Assembly: GCA_965206945.1 (NCBI GenBank)
Contig: OZ242251.1
Coordinates: forward strand, 110,549 to 174,548
Length of the DNA: 64,000 bases
Source: an uncultured Pseudohongiella sp.
Lineage (GTDB): Bacteria; Pseudomonadota; Gammaproteobacteria; Pseudomonadales; Pseudohongiellaceae
Direction of reading: 5' to 3'
Positions 56,234-64,000 of this stretch are shown here, in pieces. Every line of letters starts with the position of its first letter. Positions within the stretch are counted from its first letter, which is position 1. Both the position numbers and the translations under genes were made by a program. The notes under the pieces were generated by a model. It was given only the letters and a program-made list of their open reading frames with translations. It searched no databases and was not told the origin of the DNA.

Positions 56234-57145
56234 TTGAGCAGACCAAGATTTAGTGGAGTCCTTGCTCCCGTTATCACACCTTTCAGAGAAGACCTGAGTC
56301 CAGACTTCAATCGCCTCCTGGCACACTGCAACTGGCTGCTGGATCAGGGAGTCGGTCTCGCAATTTTTGGTACCAACAGTGAAGCTAACTCGCTGTCAAT
56401 CAGTGAAAAAATGCAGCTATTGGATACACTTTTGGAAGCGGGGATCGATTCCTCGGCAATGATGCCGGGTACCGGCAGTTGCGCATTAACTGACTGTGTG
56501 GAGTTAACAAAGCATGCTGTGGGCCTTGGCTGTGGCGGGTCTCTGATGTTGCCACCATTCTATTACAAAGGGGTCTCCGACGACGGTCTGTATGCGTTTT
56601 ATTCTGAAGTTATTCAACGTGTGGCTTCGTCACAATTAGACATCTATCTCTACCACATACCCCCCATCTCTCAAGTACCGATTTCGCTGAACCTAGTGGA
56701 CCGCCTGATGAAGGAGTATCCCGAGAACATTGCCGGTATAAAAGATAGCTCAGGAGACTGGGAGAATACGCTAGCATTAAATAAGGCTGGGTGGCCCGAT
56801 TTCAGAGTTTTTTGTGGATCTGAGAACTTTCTTTTGCAAAATATGATCCATGGTGGCTCCGGCTGTATATCTGCCACAGCTAATGTTAATCCTGCGGCTA
56901 TTCATCATCTGTATGTTAATTGGAGAAGTGAACGAGCAGAGCAATTGCAAGGACAGCTAGATGAAATCAGAGCCTTATTTCAGCGTTTCCCAATGATTCC
57001 CGCCTTGAAAGCTGCTACGGCTCATTTCGGCAATGACCGCGAATGGCTTCGAGTGAGGCCCCCGATAAGCGAAATGAAGACTTCCCAGTTACAGCTATTG
57101 AAGACTGAAATGCGTGGCGCTGGATTCTCCATGGATAATCTTTGA
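56234..57145 (+). CDS. DapA/NAL-family class I aldolase (dihydrodipicolinate synthase family protein).
   Basis: 303 aa. TTG start with GGAG 8 nt upstream. GTNSEANSLS (a variant of the GTTGE block), YHIP, and the Schiff-base lysine context GIKDSSGD. Confidence 0.8.
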   Translation: MSRPRFSGVLAPVITPFREDLSPDFNRLLAHCNWLLDQGVGLAIFGTNSEANSLSISEKMQLLDTLLEAGIDSSAMMPGTGSCALTDCVELTKHAVGLGCGGSLMLPPFYYKGVSDDGLYAFYSEVIQRVASSQLDIYLYHIPPISQVPISLNLVDRLMKEYPENIAGIKDSSGDWENTLALNKAGWPDFRVFCGSENFLLQNMIHGGSGCISATANVNPAAIHHLYVNWRSERAEQLQGQLDEIRALFQRFPMIPALKAATAHFGNDREWLRVRPPISEMKTSQLQLLKTEMRGAGFSMDNL

Positions 57146-57234
57146 TTGCTAAACTTTCAAGCTAAGCTGTGTTCCAGGCAGCTAACACGGGATCAGACAT
57201 TTAACCTGGAGAACACGATCTCAACAGAGCAAAG

Positions 57235-57263
57235 CACAGCCTTGAGGTAGCCTCAAGGCTGTG
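57235..57263. terminator. Perfect 13-bp stem / 3-nt loop hairpin between convergent genes. It is a possible terminator but has no clean U-tract.
   Basis: cacagccttgagg-tag-cctcaaggctgtg, 90 nt after the DapA-family stop. Confidence 0.4.
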
Positions 57264-57607
57264 TGAATTGCTGCTGAAACTAGTTGTATTTACCGGCATC
57301 ATAGGACAAGCAGAACGGTAGAATCATATGGAACCAAGAAAAAATATCGGCTTATCACTTGATGATGCTTGCCAGAAGCAATGCAAGCAGGCAGTAACAG
57401 CAACAACGCAGAGAAAACTCGCCTCTCAATCAGGAAAAATGAGCCAGGCTATGGGAAGAAACAAGAATGAGGCTCCCCTTATAGCAGAAAGCAGTACCTG
57501 AGTCCTTTAGGACTGGCTTTTCAACTTGTGTTTTGACTTACCTGTTCTGCCATCTACGCAGTTGAGCAGTAGTGAATAATGTTTCGCTACTGCCAGCAGG
57601 AGAAGAC

Positions 57608-58786
57608 TCAGGAAGAATAGACCGCTTGCGCGGCGCTTATAGCCTTGCTGGTATCGACAGGCAATCCGTTTGTTACCAGTACATTTCCCAAAGCAGAAAG
57701 GCAGAGCAATACATTCTTCCTGTTGCTGGCATAACCCATAAGACCAATGCGCCATACCGAGCCCGCCAATGCGCCCAGGCCTGCGCCAATTTCAAGGCTA
57801 TAATCATTTAACAATGCTGCTCTAACACTGGCATCATCAACAGAGTTTGGAAAAGAAACCGCGTTCAACTGAGGCAAGCGAAATTCTTGATCTACGACGA
57901 AAGATAAACCTAAGGCTTCGATACCAGCAGCAAACGCTTCATGGTTAAGTGAATGTCGTTTCCAAGCGTTTTGCAAACCTTCTTCTTCAAGGACTAATAG
58001 CGATTCATGCAAGGCGTAGAGAGAATTAACAGCTGCTGTATGGTGGTAGGATCTTTTGGCATCGCCACCCCAATATCCCATGAGCAAATTTAGATCCAGA
58101 AACCAGCTTTGTACTTTTGATTTTCTTTCACGAATAACTTTGACTGCACGCTCTGAAAATGAAACTGGAGACAAGCCTGGAACGCAGGACAAACATTTTT
58201 GTGTTCCGGAATAGATAGCATCAATTCCCCACTCATCCACTTGCAACTCGATACCGCCAAGAGAAGTCACCGCATCGACAATCGAGAGACAATCGTGTTT
58301 AGCAGCAAGACCGCAGAGTGCCTCCACGTCAGACCGAGCCCCGGTTGAAGTTTCAGCATGCACACAGGCTAGCGCCTTGGCATTCGGATTGTCTTTTAAG
58401 GCCTGTTCTACTTTATCGATATCTATGGTGCTGCCCCAAGGGTCTTCCACCATAATCGCTTCGGCGCCGCAACGCTCAGCATTCTCCTTCATGCGCCCAC
58501 CAAACACACCGTTCTGACAGATAAGCACTTTGTCCCCGCGTTCCAGCAAATTGGTGAAAGCTGTTTCCATACCAGCAGAACCAGGGGCAGAAACCGGCAT
58601 GGTGAGTTCGTTACTGGTTTGAAAAGCGCGTTGTAACAATAGTTTGGTCTCATCCATCATTTGAATGAAAGCAGGATCAAGATGACCAATCGTGGGCCTG
58701 GACAAGGCCTCAAGAATGCGTGGGTTTACATCAGAAGGACCAGGCCCCATTAATGTTCTAACTGGCGGCGAGAATGAGCTGATCAT
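57608..58786 (-). CDS. Class-V aminotransferase of the alanine-glyoxylate / serine-pyruvate aminotransferase family.
   Basis: 392 aa. N-terminal LMGPGPSDVNPRILEA and the PLP-lysine context YSGTQKCLS. Confidence 0.85.
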   Translation of the reverse strand: MISSFSPPVRTLMGPGPSDVNPRILEALSRPTIGHLDPAFIQMMDETKLLLQRAFQTSNELTMPVSAPGSAGMETAFTNLLERGDKVLICQNGVFGGRMKENAERCGAEAIMVEDPWGSTIDIDKVEQALKDNPNAKALACVHAETSTGARSDVEALCGLAAKHDCLSIVDAVTSLGGIELQVDEWGIDAIYSGTQKCLSCVPGLSPVSFSERAVKVIRERKSKVQSWFLDLNLLMGYWGGDAKRSYHHTAAVNSLYALHESLLVLEEEGLQNAWKRHSLNHEAFAAGIEALGLSFVVDQEFRLPQLNAVSFPNSVDDASVRAALLNDYSLEIGAGLGALAGSVWRIGLMGYASNRKNVLLCLSALGNVLVTNGLPVDTSKAISAAQAVYSS

Positions 58787-58844
58787 CGTTTAACCTCTCG
58801 GGAGAACTAATTTAGGAGCGTCTGCAAAAGCATGCCAGGTTGAG

Positions 58845-58874
58845 ATTATCATCAAGACAATATTTTTGAGTCAA
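58845..58874 (-). promoter_or_regulatory. Candidate sigma70 promoter for the class-V aminotransferase gene.
   Basis: The minus strand reads TTGACT-18 nt-GATAAT, about 60 nt upstream of the ATG at 58786. Confidence 0.35.
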
Positions 58875-59016
58875 TGCCTGCCAGGCAGGAGTTAATGTAG
58901 CCCGCTGTTTTTCTTGTTCTCCTGAGTTCATTCAATCTGGCGCACGTGGATTTTCGCATCCTGAAAGATGATGACGAATAGCTTGCTGAACTTTTGTGTA
59001 CCTGGAATAGAACTGT

Positions 59017-59424
59017 TTATTCTGCGGTAGTTTCCGCTGGTGCTTCGATTTCATTGGCTTCAGTAGTTGGGCGATCCACCAATTCAACATAGGCCATAGT
59101 GGCCCTGTCGCCAGCACGTTCAGCGCACTTCAATATACGAATATAGCCTCCTGGACGGTCTGCATAGCGCGGACCAAGCTCTGTGAACAATTTGCCCACT
59201 GTCGCTTTACTGCGTGTACGATTGAACGCGAGTCGACGATTTGCAACACTATCATTCCTGGCCAGTGTAATTAGTGGCTCCGCCACAGACCTTAGCTCTT
59301 TAGCCTTAATCAGTGTGGTTTTGATAATCTCATGCTCGACTAATGAAATAGTCATATTTCGAAACATGGCTGATCGGTGCGAACTATTTCTATTTAGCTG
59401 GCGACCGCTTTGTCGATGACGCAT
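59017..59424 (-). CDS. rplQ: 50S ribosomal protein L17.
   Basis: 135 aa, [24 protein letters not shown]... Confidence 0.95.
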   Translation of the reverse strand: MRHRQSGRQLNRNSSHRSAMFRNMTISLVEHEIIKTTLIKAKELRSVAEPLITLARNDSVANRRLAFNRTRSKATVGKLFTELGPRYADRPGGYIRILKCAERAGDRATMAYVELVDRPTTEANEIEAPAETTAE

Positions 59425-59468
59425 AACTCTCTACCTTATAATTTCCGGCTTGATCAGCTTGACTGATT

Positions 59469-60467
59469 CTAAGCTGCCCGATCGTCAGATTTAATACTGG
59501 ACGGCGGCCAGTTTTCTAGACGCAAACCAAGCGATAATCCGCGCGTGGCCAACACGTCTTTAATTTCTGTTAAAGACTTTTTACCCAGGTTTGGAGTCTT
59601 CAGTAACTCAACTTCCGTACGTTGAATGAGATCGCCAATGTAATAAATATCCTCAGCCTTGAGACAGTTTGCAGAACGTACTGTCAATTCAAGGTCATCA
59701 ACCGGTCGAAGCAGGATTGGGTCAATCTCGTCTTCGTGTTCTTCAGGCTCGGCCACAATCTCGCTTTGCAAATCAACAAACACCGCCAACTGATGTTGCA
59801 AAATTGTGGCGGCACGACGAATAGCTTCTTCAGGATCAATGGTGCCATTGGTCTCTAAATCGATGACCAACTTATCCAGATCAGTTCTCTGCTCTACGCG
59901 AGCATTCTCCACAGAATAAGATACGCGAGTAATCGGCGTGTAGGAGGCATCCAACAATAACTTGCCAACACTGCGAGTCTCGTCATCCTCAGAAACACGA
60001 CTGTCTGCAGGTGAATAACCCCTGCCTTTGCGTACCGTAAGACGCATGTTGAGTTCGCCATTTGTATTCAGATTGGCAATAACATGATCAGGGTTTATAA
60101 TCTCCACATCATGATCAACAGCGATATCTCTGGCTGTTACAATGCCTGATCCTTTCTTGCTCAAGCGCAGAACTGCTTCGTCATTGTTATTTAATACAAC
60201 GGCGACACCTTTAAGGTTAAGAAGTATCTCGATAACATCTTCCCGCACACCTTCTATGGTGCTGTACTCATGTACAACCCCATCAATTTCGACTTCTTCT
60301 ACTGCGCAACCAGGCGTTGAAGACAGTAGTATTCTTCGTAGTGCATTGCCAAGCGTATGCCCAAAACCACGTTCCAATGGCTCTAATACCACCTTTGAAT
60401 GACAGGAATTGAACTCATCAACCTGTATTACTTGCGGCGTTAAGAAGTCTGATAAAGAAATTTGCAT
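59469..60467 (-). CDS. rpoA: DNA-directed RNA polymerase alpha subunit.
   Basis: Start moved to the Met at 60467 ([19 protein letters not shown], compare E. coli MQGSVTEFLKPRLVDIEQV). The track ORF start at 60494 would overlap the rpsD stop. Confidence 0.93.
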   Translation of the reverse strand: MQISLSDFLTPQVIQVDEFNSCHSKVVLEPLERGFGHTLGNALRRILLSSTPGCAVEEVEIDGVVHEYSTIEGVREDVIEILLNLKGVAVVLNNNDEAVLRLSKKGSGIVTARDIAVDHDVEIINPDHVIANLNTNGELNMRLTVRKGRGYSPADSRVSEDDETRSVGKLLLDASYTPITRVSYSVENARVEQRTDLDKLVIDLETNGTIDPEEAIRRAATILQHQLAVFVDLQSEIVAEPEEHEDEIDPILLRPVDDLELTVRSANCLKAEDIYYIGDLIQRTEVELLKTPNLGKKSLTEIKDVLATRGLSLGLRLENWPPSSIKSDDRAA

Positions 60468-60493
60468 TAAATTCACCCTTTGTGTGATTGTCA

Positions 60494-61114
60494 CTACTTA
60501 GAATATAGCTCGACGATCAGGTTCTCATTGATCTCTGCCGGCAGGTCTTCTCGCTCAGGTTTGCGAGTAAACTGTCCTTCAAGCCTGCTTCGATCTACTG
60601 ACACCCAATCAATAGGATTACGCTGCGAAGCCAATTCCAATGCTGATTTAATTCGTAGCTGTTCTTTCGCTTTCTGCCGAATAGCCACAGAGTCACCTTC
60701 AGATACACGGTAAGAGGCGATATTTACTACCTCACCATTAACCGTAATGGACTTGTGTGCCACTAACTGACGCGCTTCGGCACGGGTTGAGCCGAAACCC
60801 ATACGGTAAACAACATTATCTAGCCGGCATTCCAAAAGCTGCAAAAGATTTTCGCCAGTAGCACCCTTCAAACGTGCCGCTTCCTTATAGTAACCCCGGA
60901 ATTGCTTTTCCAGGACACCATAAGTTCTTCTGACTTTTTGTTTTTCACGCAGTTGCACACCGTAATCAGATAAACGACCACGACGCGCACCATGTTGACC
61001 TGGGATTGTATCCGTCTTGCATTTGCTATCGATAGGGCGAATACCACTCTTCAGAAACAGGTCAGTTCCTTCGCGGCGGGACAACTTGCATTTTGGGCCT
61101 AAATAACGGGCCAT
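60494..61114 (-). CDS. rpsD: 30S ribosomal protein S4.
   Basis: 206 aa, [24 protein letters not shown]... Confidence 0.95.
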   Translation of the reverse strand: MARYLGPKCKLSRREGTDLFLKSGIRPIDSKCKTDTIPGQHGARRGRLSDYGVQLREKQKVRRTYGVLEKQFRGYYKEAARLKGATGENLLQLLECRLDNVVYRMGFGSTRAEARQLVAHKSITVNGEVVNIASYRVSEGDSVAIRQKAKEQLRIKSALELASQRNPIDWVSVDRSRLEGQFTRKPEREDLPAEINENLIVELYSK

Positions 61115-61165
61115 ATTCTATCTCCTGTGCTCTTTATGTCAGAAGAGCTTCTGCTTACTTTTTGT

Positions 61166-61561
61166 TTAGACGCGTCGCTTCTTGGGCGGCCTGCAACCAT
61201 TGTGTGGAATTGGTGTAACATCGGTAATATTACCAACGCGAAGACCGCAATTATTAAGCGCCCTAACCGCCGATTCACGGCCAGGGCCAGGGCCATTTAC
61301 TTTCACGTCCAGCGTCTGTAATCCGTACAATTCAATAGCTGTTTTTCCAGCTTTCTCCGCCGCTACCTGGGCCGCGAAAGGTGTGCTCTTTCTGGAGCCA
61401 CGAAAACCAGAGCCGCCGGCAGTTGCCCAACTCAATGAATTTCCCTGACGATCAGTAATATTAATGATCGTGTTATTGAAGGATGCATGAATAAAAGCAA
61501 CGCCATCAATGACAGCGTTACGGGGTTTTTTCTTGGTAGACTTGTCTGCTGGCTTGGCCAT
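61166..61561 (-). CDS. rpsK: 30S ribosomal protein S11.
   Basis: 131 aa, ...[22 protein letters not shown]... Confidence 0.95.
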   Translation of the reverse strand: MAKPADKSTKKKPRNAVIDGVAFIHASFNNTIINITDRQGNSLSWATAGGSGFRGSRKSTPFAAQVAAEKAGKTAIELYGLQTLDVKVNGPGPGRESAVRALNNCGLRVGNITDVTPIPHNGCRPPKKRRV

Positions 61562-61651
61562 AAATTATTCCATTGAACTCTGTTCTTGCGTTTTAAGTAC
61601 TCTGCTTACGATGTCTGAATCAACGAACACCTCAATGAACTCGATTGCCGA

Positions 61652-62008
61652 CTATTTGCGTATTGGTTTACGCGGTCCTTTTCTGGTTCTAGCATTAGTT
61701 TTCGTGCGCTGCCCACGTACGGGCAGTGAACGGCGATGACGTATGCCACGGTTACAGCCTAGATCCATAAGCCGTTTGATGTTCATAGAAACTTCGCGCC
61801 TTAAATCACCTTCAGTAATAAGATTGGCGACTTCCGCTCGAATGCTGTCCAGCTGCTCTGGGCTGAGCTCGCCAGTCTTGGTTGAAGGCGTGATTCTCGT
61901 CTTGTCACAGATCGCGCTTGCGGTAGTTGGACCAATCCCATAAACATAGCGCAATGAAATAACGATATGCTTGTTATCGGGTATATTGACTCCGGCAATA
62001 CGTGCCAT
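61652..62008 (-). CDS. rpsM: 30S ribosomal protein S13.
   Basis: 118 aa, [26 protein letters not shown]... Confidence 0.95.
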   Translation of the reverse strand: MARIAGVNIPDNKHIVISLRYVYGIGPTTASAICDKTRITPSTKTGELSPEQLDSIRAEVANLITEGDLRREVSMNIKRLMDLGCNRGIRHRRSLPVRGQRTKTNARTRKGPRKPIRK

Positions 62009-62058
62009 AAAGGTGCTCCGTTCTCTCTAATTCTTACTTACATTCGGTCTAATCAGGT

Positions 62059-62175
62059 TTAGCCCTGACGTTGTTTGTGCCTTGGTTCGGCTTTACAAAT
62101 TACACGCACAGAACCGTTGCGCTTAATCACTTTGCAGTTCCGGCAAATCTTCTTAACAGATGCTCTAACTTTCAT
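62059..62175 (-). CDS. rpmJ: 50S ribosomal protein L36. It is missing from the ORF track because it is only 38 aa.
   Basis: My minus-strand translation is [38 protein letters not shown]. It sits in the expected position between secY and rpsM. Confidence 0.9.
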   Translation of the reverse strand: MKVRASVKKICRNCKVIKRNGSVRVICKAEPRHKQRQG

Positions 62176-62228
62176 GTTCGTTCTCCGTTATTCCTTAAAA
62201 CAGGATCCCAATCGCTTCTGGCGAGAAC

Positions 62229-63554
62229 CTAAATACCACTACGCCCGTAGTTGCCGAGCTTTGATTTCTTCATCAGAGAGTCATATTGATGAGACATTAA
62301 ATGTGATTGAACCTGTGACCAAAAATCCATAGTTACAACCACTGAAATCAATAAAGCGGTACCCCCCAGGTTAAATGGCACGTTCGCAAACATCTGCATA
62401 AAATTCGGCAATAAACAGACTAAGGTGATATAGACCGCACCAAACATAGTCAATCGGGTTATCACACCATCGATATACCTGGCAGTTTGCTCCCCAGGTC
62501 TAATACCCGGAATGAAAGCACTGGAACGCTTTAAATTCTCAGCTACATCGCGTGGGTTGAATACCAACGCCGTGTAAAAGAAGCAGAAGAAAATAATCAT
62601 CGCGCTAAAAATAATTATGTAAAGCGGTTGACCAGGACCAATAAGGAACGCTAATTCCTGCAACCATTCTGAGCCTTCAGCCTGCCCAAACCAGTTAGCG
62701 ATAGATGCCGGGAATAATAGAATACTGCTGGCAAAAATAGCTGGAATCACGCCGGCCATGTTAATCTTAAGGGGTAAATGACTGGCTTGAGCCTGATACA
62801 TCTTCCTGCCCTGCTGACGTTTCGCGTAGTTAACCGTAATACGACGCTGCGCCCTTTCTATATAAACGATACAAGCAACAACAGCGATTGCGATCAAACC
62901 GACTACCAACAGAAGCACACCATTGATCTGGCCTTCGTAGGCTTGAGTGAGCGAGGTGCCGATTGCGGCTGGGAAGCCTGCAACAATGCCTGCAAAAATA
63001 AGCATCGAGATACCATTACCGATTCCTTTTTCTGTTATCTGCTCACCTAGCCACATCAAAAACATAGCGCCAGTGACCAATGAAATAATCGCTGTCAGGT
63101 TGAACACCAGCCCTGGTGCATAAGCCATAGGGGCGAGTAGACCCACTGTCATACCAGTGCCTTGAATTGTTGCTAAAACCAATGCCCCATATCGAGTGTA
63201 TTGCGAAATTTTACGGCGGCCTGATTCACCTTCTTTCTTTAGCTGATCTAGTTGCGGGCTTACCGCAGAGAGTAGTTGCATAATAATTGAGGCCGAAATA
63301 TAAGGCATGATCCCTAGAGCCAAAATACTCATTCTTTCCAGCGCACCACCACCGAACATATTGATCATGTCAGTAAAAGTGCCTTCTTGCGCGGAAAAAA
63401 AAGAAGCTAGCTGCAATGGGTCAATACCAGGTACAGGTATGTGTGTACCAATTCGATAAACGAAAATAGCAAACAACAAAAATAACAGACGCGCTTTTAG
63501 CTCGCCGAGACCTGCGCCTATATTTTCTGGAGATATACTTGGTTTATTTGCCAT
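62229..63554 (-). CDS. secY: Preprotein translocase subunit SecY.
   Basis: 441 aa with 10 TM helices and conserved blocks [12 protein letters not shown] and GGTALLI. Confidence 0.95.
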   Translation of the reverse strand: MANKPSISPENIGAGLGELKARLLFLLFAIFVYRIGTHIPVPGIDPLQLASFFSAQEGTFTDMINMFGGGALERMSILALGIMPYISASIIMQLLSAVSPQLDQLKKEGESGRRKISQYTRYGALVLATIQGTGMTVGLLAPMAYAPGLVFNLTAIISLVTGAMFLMWLGEQITEKGIGNGISMLIFAGIVAGFPAAIGTSLTQAYEGQINGVLLLVVGLIAIAVVACIVYIERAQRRITVNYAKRQQGRKMYQAQASHLPLKINMAGVIPAIFASSILLFPASIANWFGQAEGSEWLQELAFLIGPGQPLYIIIFSAMIIFFCFFYTALVFNPRDVAENLKRSSAFIPGIRPGEQTARYIDGVITRLTMFGAVYITLVCLLPNFMQMFANVPFNLGGTALLISVVVTMDFWSQVQSHLMSHQYDSLMKKSKLGNYGRSGI

Positions 63555-63575
63555 TGTTACCTATTGCTGGTTTCT

Positions 63576-64000
63576 CTATTCGTCTGTTGCAGGCTTCTCT
63601 GCCGTTGCTTTCGCTGGCGTGTCAGCTTTCCTGACTAATTTCTTAAGCTTCACTGGCGCTTCTATGTCGATGATCTTACCTCCCGCTGCTTCAATGGCTG
63701 CACGCGCACCCTTAGTAACACCAATACCTTGAAGAGTTACTGCTTTTGTCACTTCGCCAGACAACATAACTTTAGCTCGCTTTATATCTGCTGTGATCAA
63801 GTTAGCTGCGCGCAGCGTATCGATAGTCACCACGTCGGCGTCTACTTTGTTCAATTCTGAGGTTCGAATCTCGGCTGAAACACGACCTATGCGAGAGCCA
63901 AAACCATATTTGGGCAAACGCATTTGCAAAGGCATTTGACCACCTTCAAAACCTGGCCTTACTGTGCCACCGCTTCGAGACTTCTGGCCTTTGTGACCAC
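63576..64000 (-). CDS. rplO: 50S ribosomal protein L15, 5'-partial (it runs off the window end).
   Basis: The minus-strand frame stays open beyond the track Met at 63935. Bases 63936-64000 encode [21 protein letters not shown], the conserved L15 N-terminal region. Confidence 0.9.
   Translation of the reverse strand, partial: GHKGQKSRSGGTVRPGFEGGQMPLQMRLPKYGFGSRIGRVSAEIRTSELNKVDADVVTIDTLRAANLITADIKRAKVMLSGEVTKAVTLQGIGVTKGARAAIEAAGGKIIDIEAPVKLKKLVRKADTPAKATAEKPATDE

Noticed and set aside
57328-57501. 57-aa plus-strand ORF (MEPRKNIGLSLDDACQKQCKQ...) in the 460-bp gap between the DapA-family and class-V aminotransferase genes.
   Set aside because: There is no Shine-Dalgarno sequence upstream, the Lys/Gln/Ser-rich sequence is low-complexity, and no homology was recognised. 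I kept it only as a note.
58880-58896. A short hairpin (cctg-ccagg-cagg) downstream of rplQ, considered as its terminator.
   Set aside because: The stem is only 4-5 bp and there is no following U-tract on the minus strand. That is too weak to call.
63861-63874. ggttcgaatctcgg, which resembles a tRNA T-arm/T-loop.
   Set aside because: It lies inside the rplO coding sequence and no acceptor, D or anticodon arms can be built around it. I found no tRNA in any intergenic region of the window.

Overview
This 64-kb window looks like a segment of a roughly mid-40s % GC gammaproteobacterial-type chromosome. The right end carries the secY-rpmJ-rpsM-rpsK-rpsD-rpoA-rplQ tail of the ribosomal-protein superoperon.

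Bases 1-17688 are the 3' part of one giant ORF. At least 5,895 codons lie in the window and the 5' end is off-window. The ORF is built from two interleaved repeat families: 21 cadherin-like 108-aa units and 31 He_PIG/dystroglycan-type 94-aa units. These are followed by PKD-like modules and an unclassified C-terminal tail. The gene is much more GC-rich than everything downstream (about 60-75% GC in the repeats). It contains perfect internal duplications of up to about 1 kb.

The rest of the window is mostly housekeeping or metabolic:
- recQ
- a SoxC/SorA-type molybdoenzyme with its cytochrome c partner
- a DUF5916-like outer-membrane protein
- a transglutaminase-like protein
- an MFS transporter
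- a DmpA-like peptidase plus a class-III aminotransferase
- a second sulfite-oxidase-family enzyme with cytochrome c and an SRPBCC protein
- a GlpD/GlpSTPQ/GlpV-type glycerol ABC-transport cluster with divergent glpK
- malic enzyme
- a TolB-like/PHP-type fusion protein
- lspA, a GST, a DapA-family lyase and a class-V aminotransferase

I found no tRNA, rRNA, CRISPR array, phage, integrase, transposase or recognisable defence genes.

The observations most worth a second look are:
1. The giant, compositionally foreign, mosaic repeat gene.
2. A previously unannotated 127-165 bp MITE-like palindromic element, present in 3 full copies and 1 partial copy. One copy sits inside the glp operon, where it supplies the last 9 codons and the stop codon of the upstream ATPase gene and abuts the start codon of the next gene.
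3. Several gene remnants: lldD-like and cysK-like fragments fused at their truncated 5' ends, an nhaC tail with an in-frame TAG, and a frameshifted aminotransferase 5' end.
4. A 5.1-kb block that splits the glycerol transporter operon.

All family assignments come from reading the translations by eye. No database search was run.
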